DNA of 64,000 nucleotides from a virus: the IMG/VR virus record IMGVR_UViG_3300045988_148502; one strand, given 5' to 3'. The notes under the pieces are model-generated. The model saw only the letters and a list, made by a program, of their open reading frames with translations, was not told where the DNA came from and did not search any database. This document shows, piece after piece, positions 35,227 through 46,200 of the stretch. The translations under genes and the position numbers were made by a program. The number at the start of each line of letters is the position of its first letter. Position 1 is the first letter of the stretch.

Positions 35227-36669
35227 TTATGCCGCATTTAAATCTTGGGCGGGTGCTTTAGCCAGTCTCATACGTGCATGTGCCTTTGCATAGCGCAGAT
35301 ACAGGCAGCTCACCTCTTGGATAACTACCGCATCGGTACGGCGGATACCGGCCTTTTGCAAGTCGAGTACGTTACGTGCCCAAGACACATGTGTTTTTTT
35401 GGAAAGATATTCCGGATCCATTGCAAAGCCGCAATCACTCATTCCGTTTACATCGAACAGTTCATGATGTATGGTTAATACTTCTCCGAAATCAGTATCC
35501 CAAGATTTGAATTTCAAGTTCCATACCTCCACGGTATCTTTCAAGCGGAATTTTTCGCTCTTTATCTTGGAGAATGCAGAGAGCATATCACTTCCACAGA
35601 ATAAAATCTTACGCTTGTTACCGATGCCGGTACCAACAAAAAGGTCTTTGGTAATATCCACAAGGTTTTCATCGGTAATTATGGCGCATTTCTTGTCAGT
35701 ATCCCATTCGCCCACCTCGATGTCCTTTCCGGCCATCCACCAGATACCACCTGTAAACCAAGTGTTCATGCCGTCCTTTGCAATGTGCTTGATAACCTGC
35801 TTCACACCGAACAGATAAGTATTTTCCATTGCGAGGCGCATATCATATACACCGTCTTCTTCAATGTCTGAGAAATTCCAGTTCACTTCTTTGGCGGCAA
35901 TCTTGTCAAAAGTTGATTGCTCTACCTGAATCATGAAGTTCTGACAATACTGGGTTTCAGGCATAGGGATATTATTGAATCGTCCTGTCTGAACATCCAA
36001 TTCCCCACATGCTTTTCCCATGCGTACAAGCGTTGTTCCTTGTGGAATTTCCGGAACAAGAATCGGCTGTTTGCTTGAATCATCCATTTTGCCATTTACG
36101 GCATACACTGTAGGAAGATTTGTTGAGCTGTCCTTTCCGCACACACAAAGCACGAGGTCCGGAACGTTGCTGTCATCTTCCGTATATTTCGTTCCGTCCG
36201 GTTTGGTGATGGCGCTGACACCGACTACCCTAATGGTATCATCCAACGTGAACATATTCAAATCATCTACCGGCAACGACACGCTCGCACCGCTGAGCAT
36301 AGCTTCCAGCTTTTTGTTGGTACTGCATTTGATTTCACGTGTACCCACGCTGTAATACTTCACTTCAAATGAATTGGTGGAGCTTGATTTTGCATAACGG
36401 CTGATTTGGTCAATTGGAGTAGCCATCGGACGGATTTTCACGATGCGTTTGTCCACATCACTCAAATAGAAATTTGGGTCGCCGGTTTCACGCCCTCCTG
36501 TTTCAGTGGAAATACCGTCTGTTCCACCCGTACCGTCCGCACCGGCTGTTGTTTTACCCGCATCAGGCAGGTTCGATGCTTCTGCCATCATGACACCGCT
36601 TGATGCACCCGTCACAAACGCCAATATCATCAGCGTAATGCGACAAAAGAAACTCATTGTTTTCTTCAT
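35227..36669 (-). CDS. putative major capsid protein (480 aa; alternative start 36591)
   Basis: Right size, and follows the scaffold-like gene. Sequence features (...LAMENTYLFGVKQ..., ...TGGIWWMAG..., ...FGEVLTIHHELF...DPEYL...) resemble HK97-fold capsid families from memory. The first 26 codons look like a signal peptide and may not be translated. Confidence 0.55.
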   Translation of the reverse strand: MKKTMSFFCRITLMILAFVTGASSGVMMAEASNLPDAGKTTAGADGTGGTDGISTETGGRETGDPNFYLSDVDKRIVKIRPMATPIDQISRYAKSSSTNSFEVKYYSVGTREIKCSTNKKLEAMLSGASVSLPVDDLNMFTLDDTIRVVGVSAITKPDGTKYTEDDSNVPDLVLCVCGKDSSTNLPTVYAVNGKMDDSSKQPILVPEIPQGTTLVRMGKACGELDVQTGRFNNIPMPETQYCQNFMIQVEQSTFDKIAAKEVNWNFSDIEEDGVYDMRLAMENTYLFGVKQVIKHIAKDGMNTWFTGGIWWMAGKDIEVGEWDTDKKCAIITDENLVDITKDLFVGTGIGNKRKILFCGSDMLSAFSKIKSEKFRLKDTVEVWNLKFKSWDTDFGEVLTIHHELFDVNGMSDCGFAMDPEYLSKKTHVSWARNVLDLQKAGIRRTDAVVIQEVSCLYLRYAKAHARMRLAKAPAQDLNAA

Positions 36670-36710
36670 TGCTCGAAATTTTAAAAGTTAAAAATGTAAT
36701 TGGTTTATAT

Positions 36711-37502
36711 TTATCTGTTTATCGCCTTGCGTTTTTCACCGCCACGCTCCCAAATGTTCTGTGTACCATCATAACGCCCGATTGCACCGAGGTCAGGCAT
36801 CTGCCGTGAACCGCCACTGCCGCCACCGTTTTTACCGGCAAGGTCGGCTGTACCGTCATTTTTGCCTGCTTTGCGTAGTTTTTCTTCAATCTTGCTGTTG
36901 CGCCCCTTTACTTCACCCTCGTGTCCGGCAGCTTCCACATCGCTGTCGTGCCTGATTGCTTTTATGGCCATTTCTATACTTTCACGTGTAAACTTACCCA
37001 TGATTCCGTCACGTACAATGCCTACAAGGAAATCCATTGCGCTGTCGATGTCCTCATCCGGCAGTCCTTCTTCCTGTTGCATGGTTTCAAGGGTGGTCAG
37101 GGTTTCGTCGAGGTTCTTCTGATACTCTCCCTCGTACTCTTTCTCTTGGGCGATTCGTTCCGCAAATTCCTTGTTGGCGGCTGCAAGTGCCTCCTGCTTT
37201 TCGGGGTCTTCAAGTGCGGCCTTGAAATCATCCCCGAATTTGCGCACCATACCGATGATAGGGTCTTCGCCTTTTCTCCAGTCAGTAAGGAAAGCGGCAC
37301 TTTGCGGGTTGCTTGCAAACAGGTCGGACAGTGCTTTTTCACGTTCCTTGTAACCGGACAATTCCTTGTCGTAACCATCGTAATCGTCATTGATTTGACC
37401 GAATAACGCTTCATCATCGGCAAATTCTCTGTCCGGATACTTTGCTTTCAATCGCTCTGTGTATCGCTCGCGATTGCTCTTAACTTCCGTATTATTAGGC
37501 AT
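36711..37502 (-). CDS. putative scaffolding protein (263 aa)
   Basis: Highly charged, helical and low-complexity. Sits immediately upstream of the capsid candidate. Confidence 0.5.
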   Translation of the reverse strand: MPNNTEVKSNRERYTERLKAKYPDREFADDEALFGQINDDYDGYDKELSGYKEREKALSDLFASNPQSAAFLTDWRKGEDPIIGMVRKFGDDFKAALEDPEKQEALAAANKEFAERIAQEKEYEGEYQKNLDETLTTLETMQQEEGLPDEDIDSAMDFLVGIVRDGIMGKFTRESIEMAIKAIRHDSDVEAAGHEGEVKGRNSKIEEKLRKAGKNDGTADLAGKNGGGSGGSRQMPDLGAIGRYDGTQNIWERGGEKRKAINR

Positions 37503-37622
37503 AATTCAAAAATTTAATTTATAGTCAGATTCTACAAGACAAAAATAGGCAGGGAAAGCAGGATGTCATGTTTATCTTTTTACGCTCCTATTGGTAACTT
37601 TGGTACTATAACGGGAAGAAAA

Positions 37623-38057
37623 ATGAAGCATAAAGGAGCAGTTATGGAATACTCTATGGAGCGTATGAACGACTTGATGAGAGCATACGATGAATACATT
37701 TCATCGTGTGATTATATCCGTATGCCTGAAGTGTATAAAGTAATTGTAAACATGCCGTCCCGGAGGTTTTGGGTCAGCGATATTCGTGCAGCATTGGTCG
37801 TTTCCGCCATGATGAGGGGTGAGAACGATTTAAGCGGTATGTGGCCGTTGAAGAAAGAAATGTATGAGGAGATTCATACAAGGGTTGTCGCTCTCAAATC
37901 AGAATACCCGGAACTTACCATTTCTGAACTGTGTGCTAAAGTGATTGCTCAACCCGCACCGAAATTCTACCTCACGCCGGGTAGTGCCAAGATGATGATA
38001 TGCAAGGCTAAAAAACGATGGATGCAAGAAAAGTTGAGAAGATTACGGCTCTCCTGA
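37623..38057 (+). CDS. hypothetical protein at the head of the packaging block (144 aa; ORF open from 37563)
   Basis: ORF track. Its position, two genes upstream of the large terminase, makes a small-terminase role possible but unsupported by motifs. Confidence 0.45.
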   Translation: MKHKGAVMEYSMERMNDLMRAYDEYISSCDYIRMPEVYKVIVNMPSRRFWVSDIRAALVVSAMMRGENDLSGMWPLKKEMYEEIHTRVVALKSEYPELTISELCAKVIAQPAPKFYLTPGSAKMMICKAKKRWMQEKLRRLRLS

Positions 38058-38536
38058 TTTCTGCCATGATTGTGTGTTTGTCATTTTCAGGAGAATGGGA
38101 TTGGCAAACTGTCGGCATTTACGCTGGAAGTAATATGCCAGGACGCTTGCTGTATCCGTTTTTCCATACGAATATGTTTCATGCCTTGCTCAATTCATGG
38201 TGTTTATTATCGATTATTTTCATTTACGATATTGGGATAGGAAGATTGCTGTCAGCCTATATGATTGCCGTTACAGTTCCAGTTGATACCCTTGGATATT
38301 TCACGACAATGGATTCGCCAACGGTAGGATTGTCCGGATTGGTTTTCGCCCTGTTTGGTTCAATATCGTTTGAGGTATTACGTAAACGGTATTATCAGTT
38401 ATGGATGCTGTTTTACCTTGTGGCAGGCTTCCTGTTTCCGGGCATAAATGCCGTATTGCATCTTTGGTGTTATGTATTGGGACTCATCATGGCTCTGCTA
38501 AACAAGCCTGTTAAAATCATGCACCATGAAAGATAA
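38018..38536 (+). CDS. rhomboid-family intramembrane serine protease-like protein (172 aa; alternative start 38066)
   Basis: FFHTNMFHALLNSW (rhomboid H-x4-H-x3-N motif), TVGLSGLVFALFG (GxSG with the catalytic Ser) and AVLHLWCYVLGL (candidate catalytic His). Several TM segments. Confidence 0.6.
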   Translation: MDARKVEKITALLISAMIVCLSFSGEWDWQTVGIYAGSNMPGRLLYPFFHTNMFHALLNSWCLLSIIFIYDIGIGRLLSAYMIAVTVPVDTLGYFTTMDSPTVGLSGLVFALFGSISFEVLRKRYYQLWMLFYLVAGFLFPGINAVLHLWCYVLGLIMALLNKPVKIMHHER

Positions 38537-40622
38537 GGCCATCAAGGACATATTGACAGAGAATGAACGCCGCAATGCGATTGTATATGCAAAGTTCAAT
38601 CCAATTACCGGAGAAGGTTCTGTCGGTAAACGTGTAAAGTGTACCATCAGTGACTTTCCTATACATACCCAGTGGTTACCGGAACGTATCATGAAAGTAC
38701 CGCTTGTACGCCAACTCATCGAAGCCGGTTCTATTTCCAAATTCCTCACGGACTACATGGGTGTGGAAGACAATCAGGATGATCGCTTGAAGGTCATAGA
38801 GCAGTTTGTACGAATACGCAGCCGCGAGGATTTTCCGTTTTGGGCGGCAACATTTGTCTATATCAAGGCCAAAGGCGGTGGTGAGGATGTCCTGTTTCGT
38901 CTGACAAGACCTCAACGGCGTTTTGTGGATCGGCTTGAGAAATTGCGTATTGCAGGGAAACCGATACGCATCATCCTGCTTAAAGCACGGCAATGGGGTG
39001 GTTCCACCACTTCACAGCTTTATATGGCATGGTTGCAGTTGCTTCACAAAACCGGCTTAAACTCACTTATCATTGCACATCAGGGCGCAGGCTCCGATGA
39101 AATCAAGGATATGTTCGACCGGATGATTAAAAGTTATCCTGTCGAAATGCTCTATAAAATTGATGAAGCCTACAATGAGAACGAGCCGAAGATTGTAGGA
39201 GTGGGAAAATCGGGAAGTATATCGCGCATTCCGCAGCGTAACTGCAAAATCAAGATTGGTACGGCTGAACGCCCGGATTCGTGTCGTGGCGGTGATTACA
39301 ATCTTGTACATCTCTCCGAAGTGGGAATATGGAAGGCTACGGAGGGAAAGAAACCGGAAGACATTGTGCGCTCCGCCTGTTCGGGTATTCTCCTCAAGCC
39401 CTACACCATGATTGTTTATGAAAGCACAGCAAATGGCACCGGGAACTTCTTTCATCGCGAATATACTGCCGCAAAAGAAGGGAAATCCCAGTTCGAGGCA
39501 ATGTTCGTTTCATGGTTCGACATCGAGCAATATACACTCGCTTTTGATTCGGACAATGAAAAATGGGATTTTGCAGAATGGCTTTATCAGAATCGGGACA
39601 ATGAAAATACAGATTCCGAACGTGAGGAATGCGGTAAGTATCTTTGGTCGCTGTGGGAAAAAGGTGCTACGCTCGAAGCTATCCATTGGTACATAGCCGA
39701 ACGCAGGAAGTACAATGACCATGGGCAGATGGCTGCCGAATTTCCGTCTGATGATGTGGAAGCCTTCGTACATTCGGGAGCACGTGTGTTCGACAAATAC
39801 AAGGTCGATGCAATGCGCAAGACCTGCAAGAAGCCTAAATATGTCGGTGAAGTCTGTGCCGATGCGGATGAGGGCAAGAACGCTTTGCAGAACTTGCGTT
39901 TTGTGAAAGACAAACAGGGATTGTTGCATATTTGGGAGTTGCCGGAAACAGATGAAAAGGAAGTTGTTACAAATCGTTACCTCACGATTGTCGATGTGGG
40001 TGGACGTTCCAATAAAGCAGACTTCTCTGTTGTTCTTGTGCTTGACCGTCTGTTTATGATTGATGGTGGCAAGCCTGTCGTAGTGGCACAATGGTACGGA
40101 CATTGCGACATCGACCAGCTTGCATGGAAAGCGGCACAAATAGCGGCTTTTTATGACAATTCACTCTTGGTGATAGAAAGCAACACCTTGGAAACGCATG
40201 ACAAGGAGCGGCAGGTAGATGGCGACCAGTCACAGTTCATCCTTAATCAAATCAAAGAGATTTACCCTAATCTCTATGCACGTGGTCAGTCCGAAGAAGC
40301 CGTACGCGAGGGATTGCCTACCAAATACGGCTTCCATACCAATGTCTCAACCAAACCGATGATTATATCAACCTTAGTCAAGGTTATTCGTGAGAATTTA
40401 TACACGGAACGTGACGAACGTTGTCTGGACGAATATTTGTGTTACGAGAAAAAACCGAACGGAGCTTTCGGAGCGATTACCGGTAAACATGATGACTTGC
40501 TAATGACAAGAGCCATAGGCTTGCATATATGTTTCTTTGAAATGGAAATTCCAAAGATTGTGCTTCGTATCGGACGATTTGTTGTCAAAAAGAAAAAAGC
40601 TGTTTCAGCAGCTACAATATAA
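38526..40622 (+). CDS. terL: terminase large subunit (698 aa)
   Basis: Walker A-like LKARQWGGSTTS, Walker B-like YNLVHLSEVG and coupling motif YESTANGTGNFF. C-terminal RNase-H-like nuclease region (LTIVDVGGRSNKADFSVVLVLD ... HDDLLMTRAI). Confidence 0.8.
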   Translation: MKDKAIKDILTENERRNAIVYAKFNPITGEGSVGKRVKCTISDFPIHTQWLPERIMKVPLVRQLIEAGSISKFLTDYMGVEDNQDDRLKVIEQFVRIRSREDFPFWAATFVYIKAKGGGEDVLFRLTRPQRRFVDRLEKLRIAGKPIRIILLKARQWGGSTTSQLYMAWLQLLHKTGLNSLIIAHQGAGSDEIKDMFDRMIKSYPVEMLYKIDEAYNENEPKIVGVGKSGSISRIPQRNCKIKIGTAERPDSCRGGDYNLVHLSEVGIWKATEGKKPEDIVRSACSGILLKPYTMIVYESTANGTGNFFHREYTAAKEGKSQFEAMFVSWFDIEQYTLAFDSDNEKWDFAEWLYQNRDNENTDSEREECGKYLWSLWEKGATLEAIHWYIAERRKYNDHGQMAAEFPSDDVEAFVHSGARVFDKYKVDAMRKTCKKPKYVGEVCADADEGKNALQNLRFVKDKQGLLHIWELPETDEKEVVTNRYLTIVDVGGRSNKADFSVVLVLDRLFMIDGGKPVVVAQWYGHCDIDQLAWKAAQIAAFYDNSLLVIESNTLETHDKERQVDGDQSQFILNQIKEIYPNLYARGQSEEAVREGLPTKYGFHTNVSTKPMIISTLVKVIRENLYTERDERCLDEYLCYEKKPNGAFGAITGKHDDLLMTRAIGLHICFFEMEIPKIVLRIGRFVVKKKKAVSAATI

Positions 40623-40646
40623 GTTTAACTATAAAAACAAGGAACA

Positions 40647-41000
40647 ATGAACATTTTCAGAAAAATCAGAGCTTCGCTTCGTTTACGTGAAGCAGTCAGA
40701 CAGGCAGACGAAAAACACAAAGAAACTGGAGAACGTTACTACGTTATGCCTGCCGGTGGGAAAAAAGGTCAACTTATCATTATGGATAGAAAGAATTTCC
40801 GTAAGTTGAAACAGAAAGGCTACATCAATCATAATACGTTTGTGGGCGACCTTGAACGCGAATGCTTCTACTGCACGACTTATGGAAACGGTTCAGCTAT
40901 GCTTCCTTCTGCTGTTATTGCATTGAAACGAAAACAGTATTTCTCATGGCTTGATTCATTTTCAAATCCCAAAGAGAATGGGAAAGTACGGAAATATTGA
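40647..41000 (+). CDS. hypothetical basic protein (117 aa)
   Basis: ORF track. Confidence 0.5.
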   Translation: MNIFRKIRASLRLREAVRQADEKHKETGERYYVMPAGGKKGQLIIMDRKNFRKLKQKGYINHNTFVGDLERECFYCTTYGNGSAMLPSAVIALKRKQYFSWLDSFSNPKENGKVRKY

Positions 41001-41199
41001 TGGCATTGCCACACTTACCAGTGACCCGCTCGCACTTGACAATATCAACAAGTTTAACATCGGAGACCGGGTGATGTGCAATGATAATGGGAAAAGCGGT
41101 ACTGTATTAGATATAGATACTGATAAATACGGTTGTACCGTTCGTTTTGATGATACTGAAGGAACATGGATTGAATGCGACCAATTATCCAAAGAATAA
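40978..41199 (+). CDS. hypothetical small protein with SH3/KOW-like C-terminal segment (73 aa; ORF open from 40951)
   Basis: GDRVMCNDNGKSGTVLDIDTDKYGCTVRFDDTEGTWIECDQL looks like a small beta-barrel. Confidence 0.4.
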   Translation: MGKYGNIDGIATLTSDPLALDNINKFNIGDRVMCNDNGKSGTVLDIDTDKYGCTVRFDDTEGTWIECDQLSKE

Positions 41200-41201
41200 A
41201 G

Positions 41202-41233
41202 AAAGGGGCATATCTGTGATGATGTGCCCCTTT
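41202..41233. terminator. bidirectional hairpin terminator between the packaging block (+) and the portal gene (-)
   Basis: 9-bp stem AAAGGGGCA (41202-41210) / TGCCCCTTT (41225-41233) with a 14-nt loop, flanked by A- and T-runs. Confidence 0.65.
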
Positions 41234-41236
41234 GGT

Positions 41237-43210
41237 TTAAGTTCTCATTGCATTATGTAACTGATTTACTGCATCTATATTTGCACCTTGTTCGACCTGT
41301 TGAAGCAATTGAGGAGAAAGACCGTCGGGCACTTTGCCCTGCTCCAACTGTTCCTTCTGTGATTTGATACTTTGCAACAATTCATCTGCAAACGGGAAAT
41401 CTCCATGCTCAAGCAGCTGCTCTACACTGATTGCCTGAGACTGGTACAACTGCATAAGCATATCGTTAGCAAGATGCCTGTATGCCGGTGTTGAAGTGCT
41501 TTCGGTAATGCTTAAATCAAATTCTACATCACGTATTTTCTTCGGGTCATATTCGATTTGTGCACCACTCTTACCTGCAATATTGAATACACGTTTGCTA
41601 TCATAAAACTGCTGCATATTCTTCACATCCTTATATGCTCCGTCCACTACAAAACAACTGAAGCATTCAAGCAGGTCGAGCAATGACTTCGTGGCGTTTT
41701 CTGTCTGTTGGTTATAGTGCGATGCACTTTCACCGGAATACCCGGGCTTTCCTTGTAATGCGCCCGTAACTCCCGATATATCTTCAAAAAATTTGAGTTG
41801 CATGTTAAGCAGTTCCGCAATGCCTATATTTGTGGAATTATTGGCCACCTGTTCCGGCACTTTTCCGCTTTTGCTCGGCTTGTATACGATGACACCGTTA
41901 AATTCCGTCCAGCTCTCTGCAATATCGTCAATGCTCACACCATCAGGCAAGCAGTCTTCGGGCATCATCAGCACGCCTTTGGCACTCGCACGCATTATCC
42001 AGTCATAGAGAGTTATCAATCGGTTGGTATATCGCTGTTGGTCGATTACATCAGCAACGAATGAATGGATTTCACCATCAATGAACGGATATGCCTTGAA
42101 AACATATGGATGGCTTCCATGCTCGTAAGGCGTTTCCCCCTCCCTCAATATGTCGCCAAAAGGAGAAAGGTAATAGAAATACCAATAATCGTCCACAAAC
42201 CAAGTAGCTTTTATCAACGGAACCTCATCTTCCGGCATACCGGCTTCCTTGGCCATACGCATACGTTCTTCATTTTCAGTAAGCACCACTTGTGCGTAAT
42301 CTTCTTCGTCTATTTTGAAAATATCGCCGTTTTGGTAGTCATGGCAACGGTATCTCGGTTTTTGCTCCTTGCGCCATATCTCTATCACACGACATCGTCC
42401 CGGCTCGCTTGTGAATAGAAAATCGTAGTTTTCCAAGCGGCTATACCCGAAACGCTCCGCGTATGTGGTTATGTAATCTTTCCTTGCCGCCCACTTGTAA
42501 ATGTCACGCAATTGTCTGTATTCCTGCGGACTTGATGCGAACTGTTCACACAACTGTCCGAAAGAAATGTCGTGAACTTCTCCAAGCACGGAAACATCCC
42601 AACCTCTGAAATCTCTCATGTTGTTGTCGATAAAGAAATTATTGGGTTGTACATAGTCCGTCCAACAATCCTCTTTTCCATTACGCCAACCGTACGATTT
42701 ACGGTGAACGATAAAACCGCTTATCAGGAACTCTTCCATAGTTCGGGCATATACATCGTTCATTCGGTTAAGCTGCATGTTGCATTGAAGTATCGTACTC
42801 ATCGTTTCACCAAGTTTCTGTTCATCCCGATCACGTGCGGTACAAGTCGGTTCTTTACTTTGGCTTCGATACACGCCAAGCACGCTTCGCACAAGCCTAC
42901 GGATAAGGTTGTTTTTCAAAGGCACGTTGCCTTGACTTTTAATGTATTCTTCCTCGCTCATGGATTTTCCGTCCACACAAATCATATCGTCCCATTGGAA
43001 ACCATAGGTATAGCGTTTGTTTCGCTCCCGGTCTTTCCGAAAGTCGTCCATCTGGCTCCAATAGTATTGTGCTTCCATAAGAATGTCAAATGCCCTGCGG
43101 TCACCATAACGTTTTGCAGAAACAACAGTATCTATCTCGGCGGCATCATTTCTTCCCGGAGCTATACGGCTCATTGGCAGCAATTTTCTTTCGCTTTTAT
43201 TTACATGCAT
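41237..43210 (-). CDS. putative portal protein (657 aa)
   Basis: Size and position (next to the terminase block, downstream of the internal-protein gene). The N-terminal ...MEAQYYWSQMDDFRKDRERNKRYTYGFQWDD... resembles the portal 'Y-x-G-x-QW' region. No homology search was possible. Confidence 0.55.
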   Translation of the reverse strand: MHVNKSERKLLPMSRIAPGRNDAAEIDTVVSAKRYGDRRAFDILMEAQYYWSQMDDFRKDRERNKRYTYGFQWDDMICVDGKSMSEEEYIKSQGNVPLKNNLIRRLVRSVLGVYRSQSKEPTCTARDRDEQKLGETMSTILQCNMQLNRMNDVYARTMEEFLISGFIVHRKSYGWRNGKEDCWTDYVQPNNFFIDNNMRDFRGWDVSVLGEVHDISFGQLCEQFASSPQEYRQLRDIYKWAARKDYITTYAERFGYSRLENYDFLFTSEPGRCRVIEIWRKEQKPRYRCHDYQNGDIFKIDEEDYAQVVLTENEERMRMAKEAGMPEDEVPLIKATWFVDDYWYFYYLSPFGDILREGETPYEHGSHPYVFKAYPFIDGEIHSFVADVIDQQRYTNRLITLYDWIMRASAKGVLMMPEDCLPDGVSIDDIAESWTEFNGVIVYKPSKSGKVPEQVANNSTNIGIAELLNMQLKFFEDISGVTGALQGKPGYSGESASHYNQQTENATKSLLDLLECFSCFVVDGAYKDVKNMQQFYDSKRVFNIAGKSGAQIEYDPKKIRDVEFDLSITESTSTPAYRHLANDMLMQLYQSQAISVEQLLEHGDFPFADELLQSIKSQKEQLEQGKVPDGLSPQLLQQVEQGANIDAVNQLHNAMRT

Positions 43211-43275
43211 ATTTTTATCATTTTAATGATTGCTCGGAACAAATATACTGCTCCGGGCAATCATCCTATGTTTAA

Positions 43276-46200
43276 CTATTTACGGGTTTTGTTCATTTCT
43301 TCTATCATTTCCTTTTTGAGTTCGTTCAACTCGGCTTCAATATCCTTGCGTTCCTCGTCACTGATTGCTTCTTTTAATTCATTGTAGAGGTCGTCAATGT
43401 CTTCACGGTAATCCTCGAAGATTTCGTAACGCTCGTATTCGGGTGAATTGTAAAGGAAATCAATCTTTTCCGCATAGTCAAATATGTCGTTGTCGGTATC
43501 TTCTTCATAGTGCTTCAATCGGGATTTCAACCGGTCATGCTCCTCTTTCAATCGGAAATACTCATTGTTCACAGCCCTGTACTCGGTGCGTTCGTCCCCG
43601 GCTTTGACCAGCCTGTTTGCCAACAAGAAGCTGCGAGGGTCGTACTCACGGTTGCCTGTAACGGTTTCTACCATCTTGCTCAACTTGTCGATTGTTCCGA
43701 ACACGCCACCGAAATAACCGTTCAGCATATATTCAATCTTTGCCGGATTAAAGTCAATCGTTCCTTTTGTATATGGGTCTCCACCCGTAGCTTCATTCAT
43801 GGCATTGGCCAATCCGACAATGTATTTATTGGCACTCTTATACGCCTTTGTCCATTCGGGCATATCTTTGTTGTAAGGTGTGTCTTTATAAAGTGGCATA
43901 CCCGTCCAACTCTTTTCTGCAACGTAGGCTTCCCACAAGGGTTTGTAGGCACTCGGTACAAAGGCATTCAATCCTCCGCCGCCCTCCAAGAAATCAATAG
44001 GTAATATCTGTGTAGCCTGTCCTGTTATGGCTTCGGCAATTTCTCCGTCTGTAAGATGTTCCTTTCCGTTAAGGACGGAAATCATCAGTTCGCCCATACC
44101 GTAAACAGCCCTGTATTCTACCGGAAGAGGAATTGATACCCAACTGTTTCCTGCCCTGAAAAGAATATTGCTGCGCCTTACATATTCGGGAAGATTATAG
44201 TATGCGTTCTTGTCATCATCGTCATCATCATCGCCACCCAAGTAGGCAACAATGGCACCAAGAAGGAACATCGCCGCAATACCTGTAAAAGCTTTGGCAG
44301 GATGGCGTTTCATCTGTCGTCCAAAGTTTGCCGTACCTTGAATGGCTGCATTCCAAAACACATAGCCGCTACGACCAAGTCCCGATACCAATGCACTGGC
44401 ATTACCAGCCTTTGTCTGCCCTGTACTGTCATAGAATTTTGCTCCGCTGCCTTTCTTGTTGAAGTTTACGCTTATCTCCTTTGCATCATAGATGGCTCTG
44501 TCAATGCTCCGGCCCATTTCGCGTGATGTCATGAAAGCGGCAAAACGGGCGCAGTTCTCAACGGCTCGGTTGTACTCATCGAAACGTCCGCCCAACAAGT
44601 CCCATGCTTTTTTTACAGGAATCTTGCCGTTTGATTTTTTCAGTTCCCTGCGTATGTCGTTCTTATGTTGTTCAATGTCCCGGATATTGGCATAGCCTGT
44701 TTCTCCTCCGTTCATCATGAACTGATGAAACATCGCTTCCGTCTTGTTACTCATGTCAAGTGTCCCTTTGCGGTGCTTTGCCAAGAGTTGCTTTATCCTT
44801 ACAGGATTGGCATACATATAATTGCGATGAAAACGAAGTGCGTAGTTCGGGCTTTCCCTTATCCAAGTCATGGTGTTGGTGTATAGCATATCTCGCATGA
44901 AGTTCGATACGATGAAGTCCGGGTTGCGTGTGGTATAGAACGCACTCAACTGTCGGTTGATGTTTTCACCGGCACGGAGAATGGCCCCGATTGCCCCCGA
45001 CATATCGTTGTCGGGATTTGTCTGTCCGTTCAATGCTTGTGCCGCACGTGGATTGCCGTTTATGGTAATCACATAGTCCCTGCCGCCACGCTTCACTACA
45101 ATTTGGTGCTGCCTCATATCCCGGCTTTCCACAATACGGTAAGGAATATTCACGGTATCTTTGCCATGCTTGTACCGGTCAGGATATTGCTGTGCCAATG
45201 ACTCCATTTTAGTTTCAAAGTCCAGCATCTTCCGTTCCACCACTTCGGGAGTATCTGTACTGTCTATGTTGTCAGGAAACACTGGCTTCCATTCGTCGGC
45301 CACCGTATCGTATTCTACCCAAATGTCGCTCACACTGACAAGGTCGCTCGGATGGTTGAGGGCGAAATTAAGGAAACGCTGTTTTACCAATTTGTTCCGG
45401 TTGCCCTGCATGATAGCACCTTCTGCCATTGATTGCAGGTTGGCAAACGGGTCATCCGCTTTCGACCTGCGTCCTTCCGCTTTCTTGATAGGAGCATTGA
45501 ATGCACTTTGCTTGTGCGTCAGATATGCGTATGCTTCAGAACTGGTCTTTTCGTCAAAACCACGTAGCGGAATGTAAAAATCATACATATCTGAAATTTT
45601 ATCAAAGGTCGCTTTACTCATCATGCCACATTCGTATGACTTTGAAAGTATTGCTTTGCTCGCGGCATTGACTTTTTTCCAAAGGTCGGTAGTGTCGTGT
45701 GCCTGTTCGTAATCGTTAACCATTATCTGTGCTTCCGTTTCGGCATCAGCAACATTATCCATACCTGTAAGGGCTGTAAGTCCGGCATAGTCGGTTTGGT
45801 CTGCATCGGTTGCTCCGTTATTGATTGCTTCATTACGCATATATGTATTGCGTTCAAGGCCGTGTTTCGCCATCATGTAATCAGTCAATTCCTCACGCTC
45901 TGCCTCAGTCCTGGCAAGTTTGGCAACCTCATCAAGCATGGGCTTGAACAGGGTGTGGGCAAACGCATCGGCTTCGGCTTTGTTCACACTTGACAGACGG
46001 TTTTCTCCCAAGTATGCGTTTTCAAATCCGTCCACATCCTCAATGTTTGTTTCCTTGCCAAGGATTGCAGTCATGGCTTCTTTCAAGCCGAGCATACTGT
46101 CCTGTAATGCTTCCTGTGATTGGAACATACCGCTTTTTACACGCCTTTCATAACGGTCACGAGCCAACTCCCTTTCATGTATTTCCGGGTCACCGGTACG

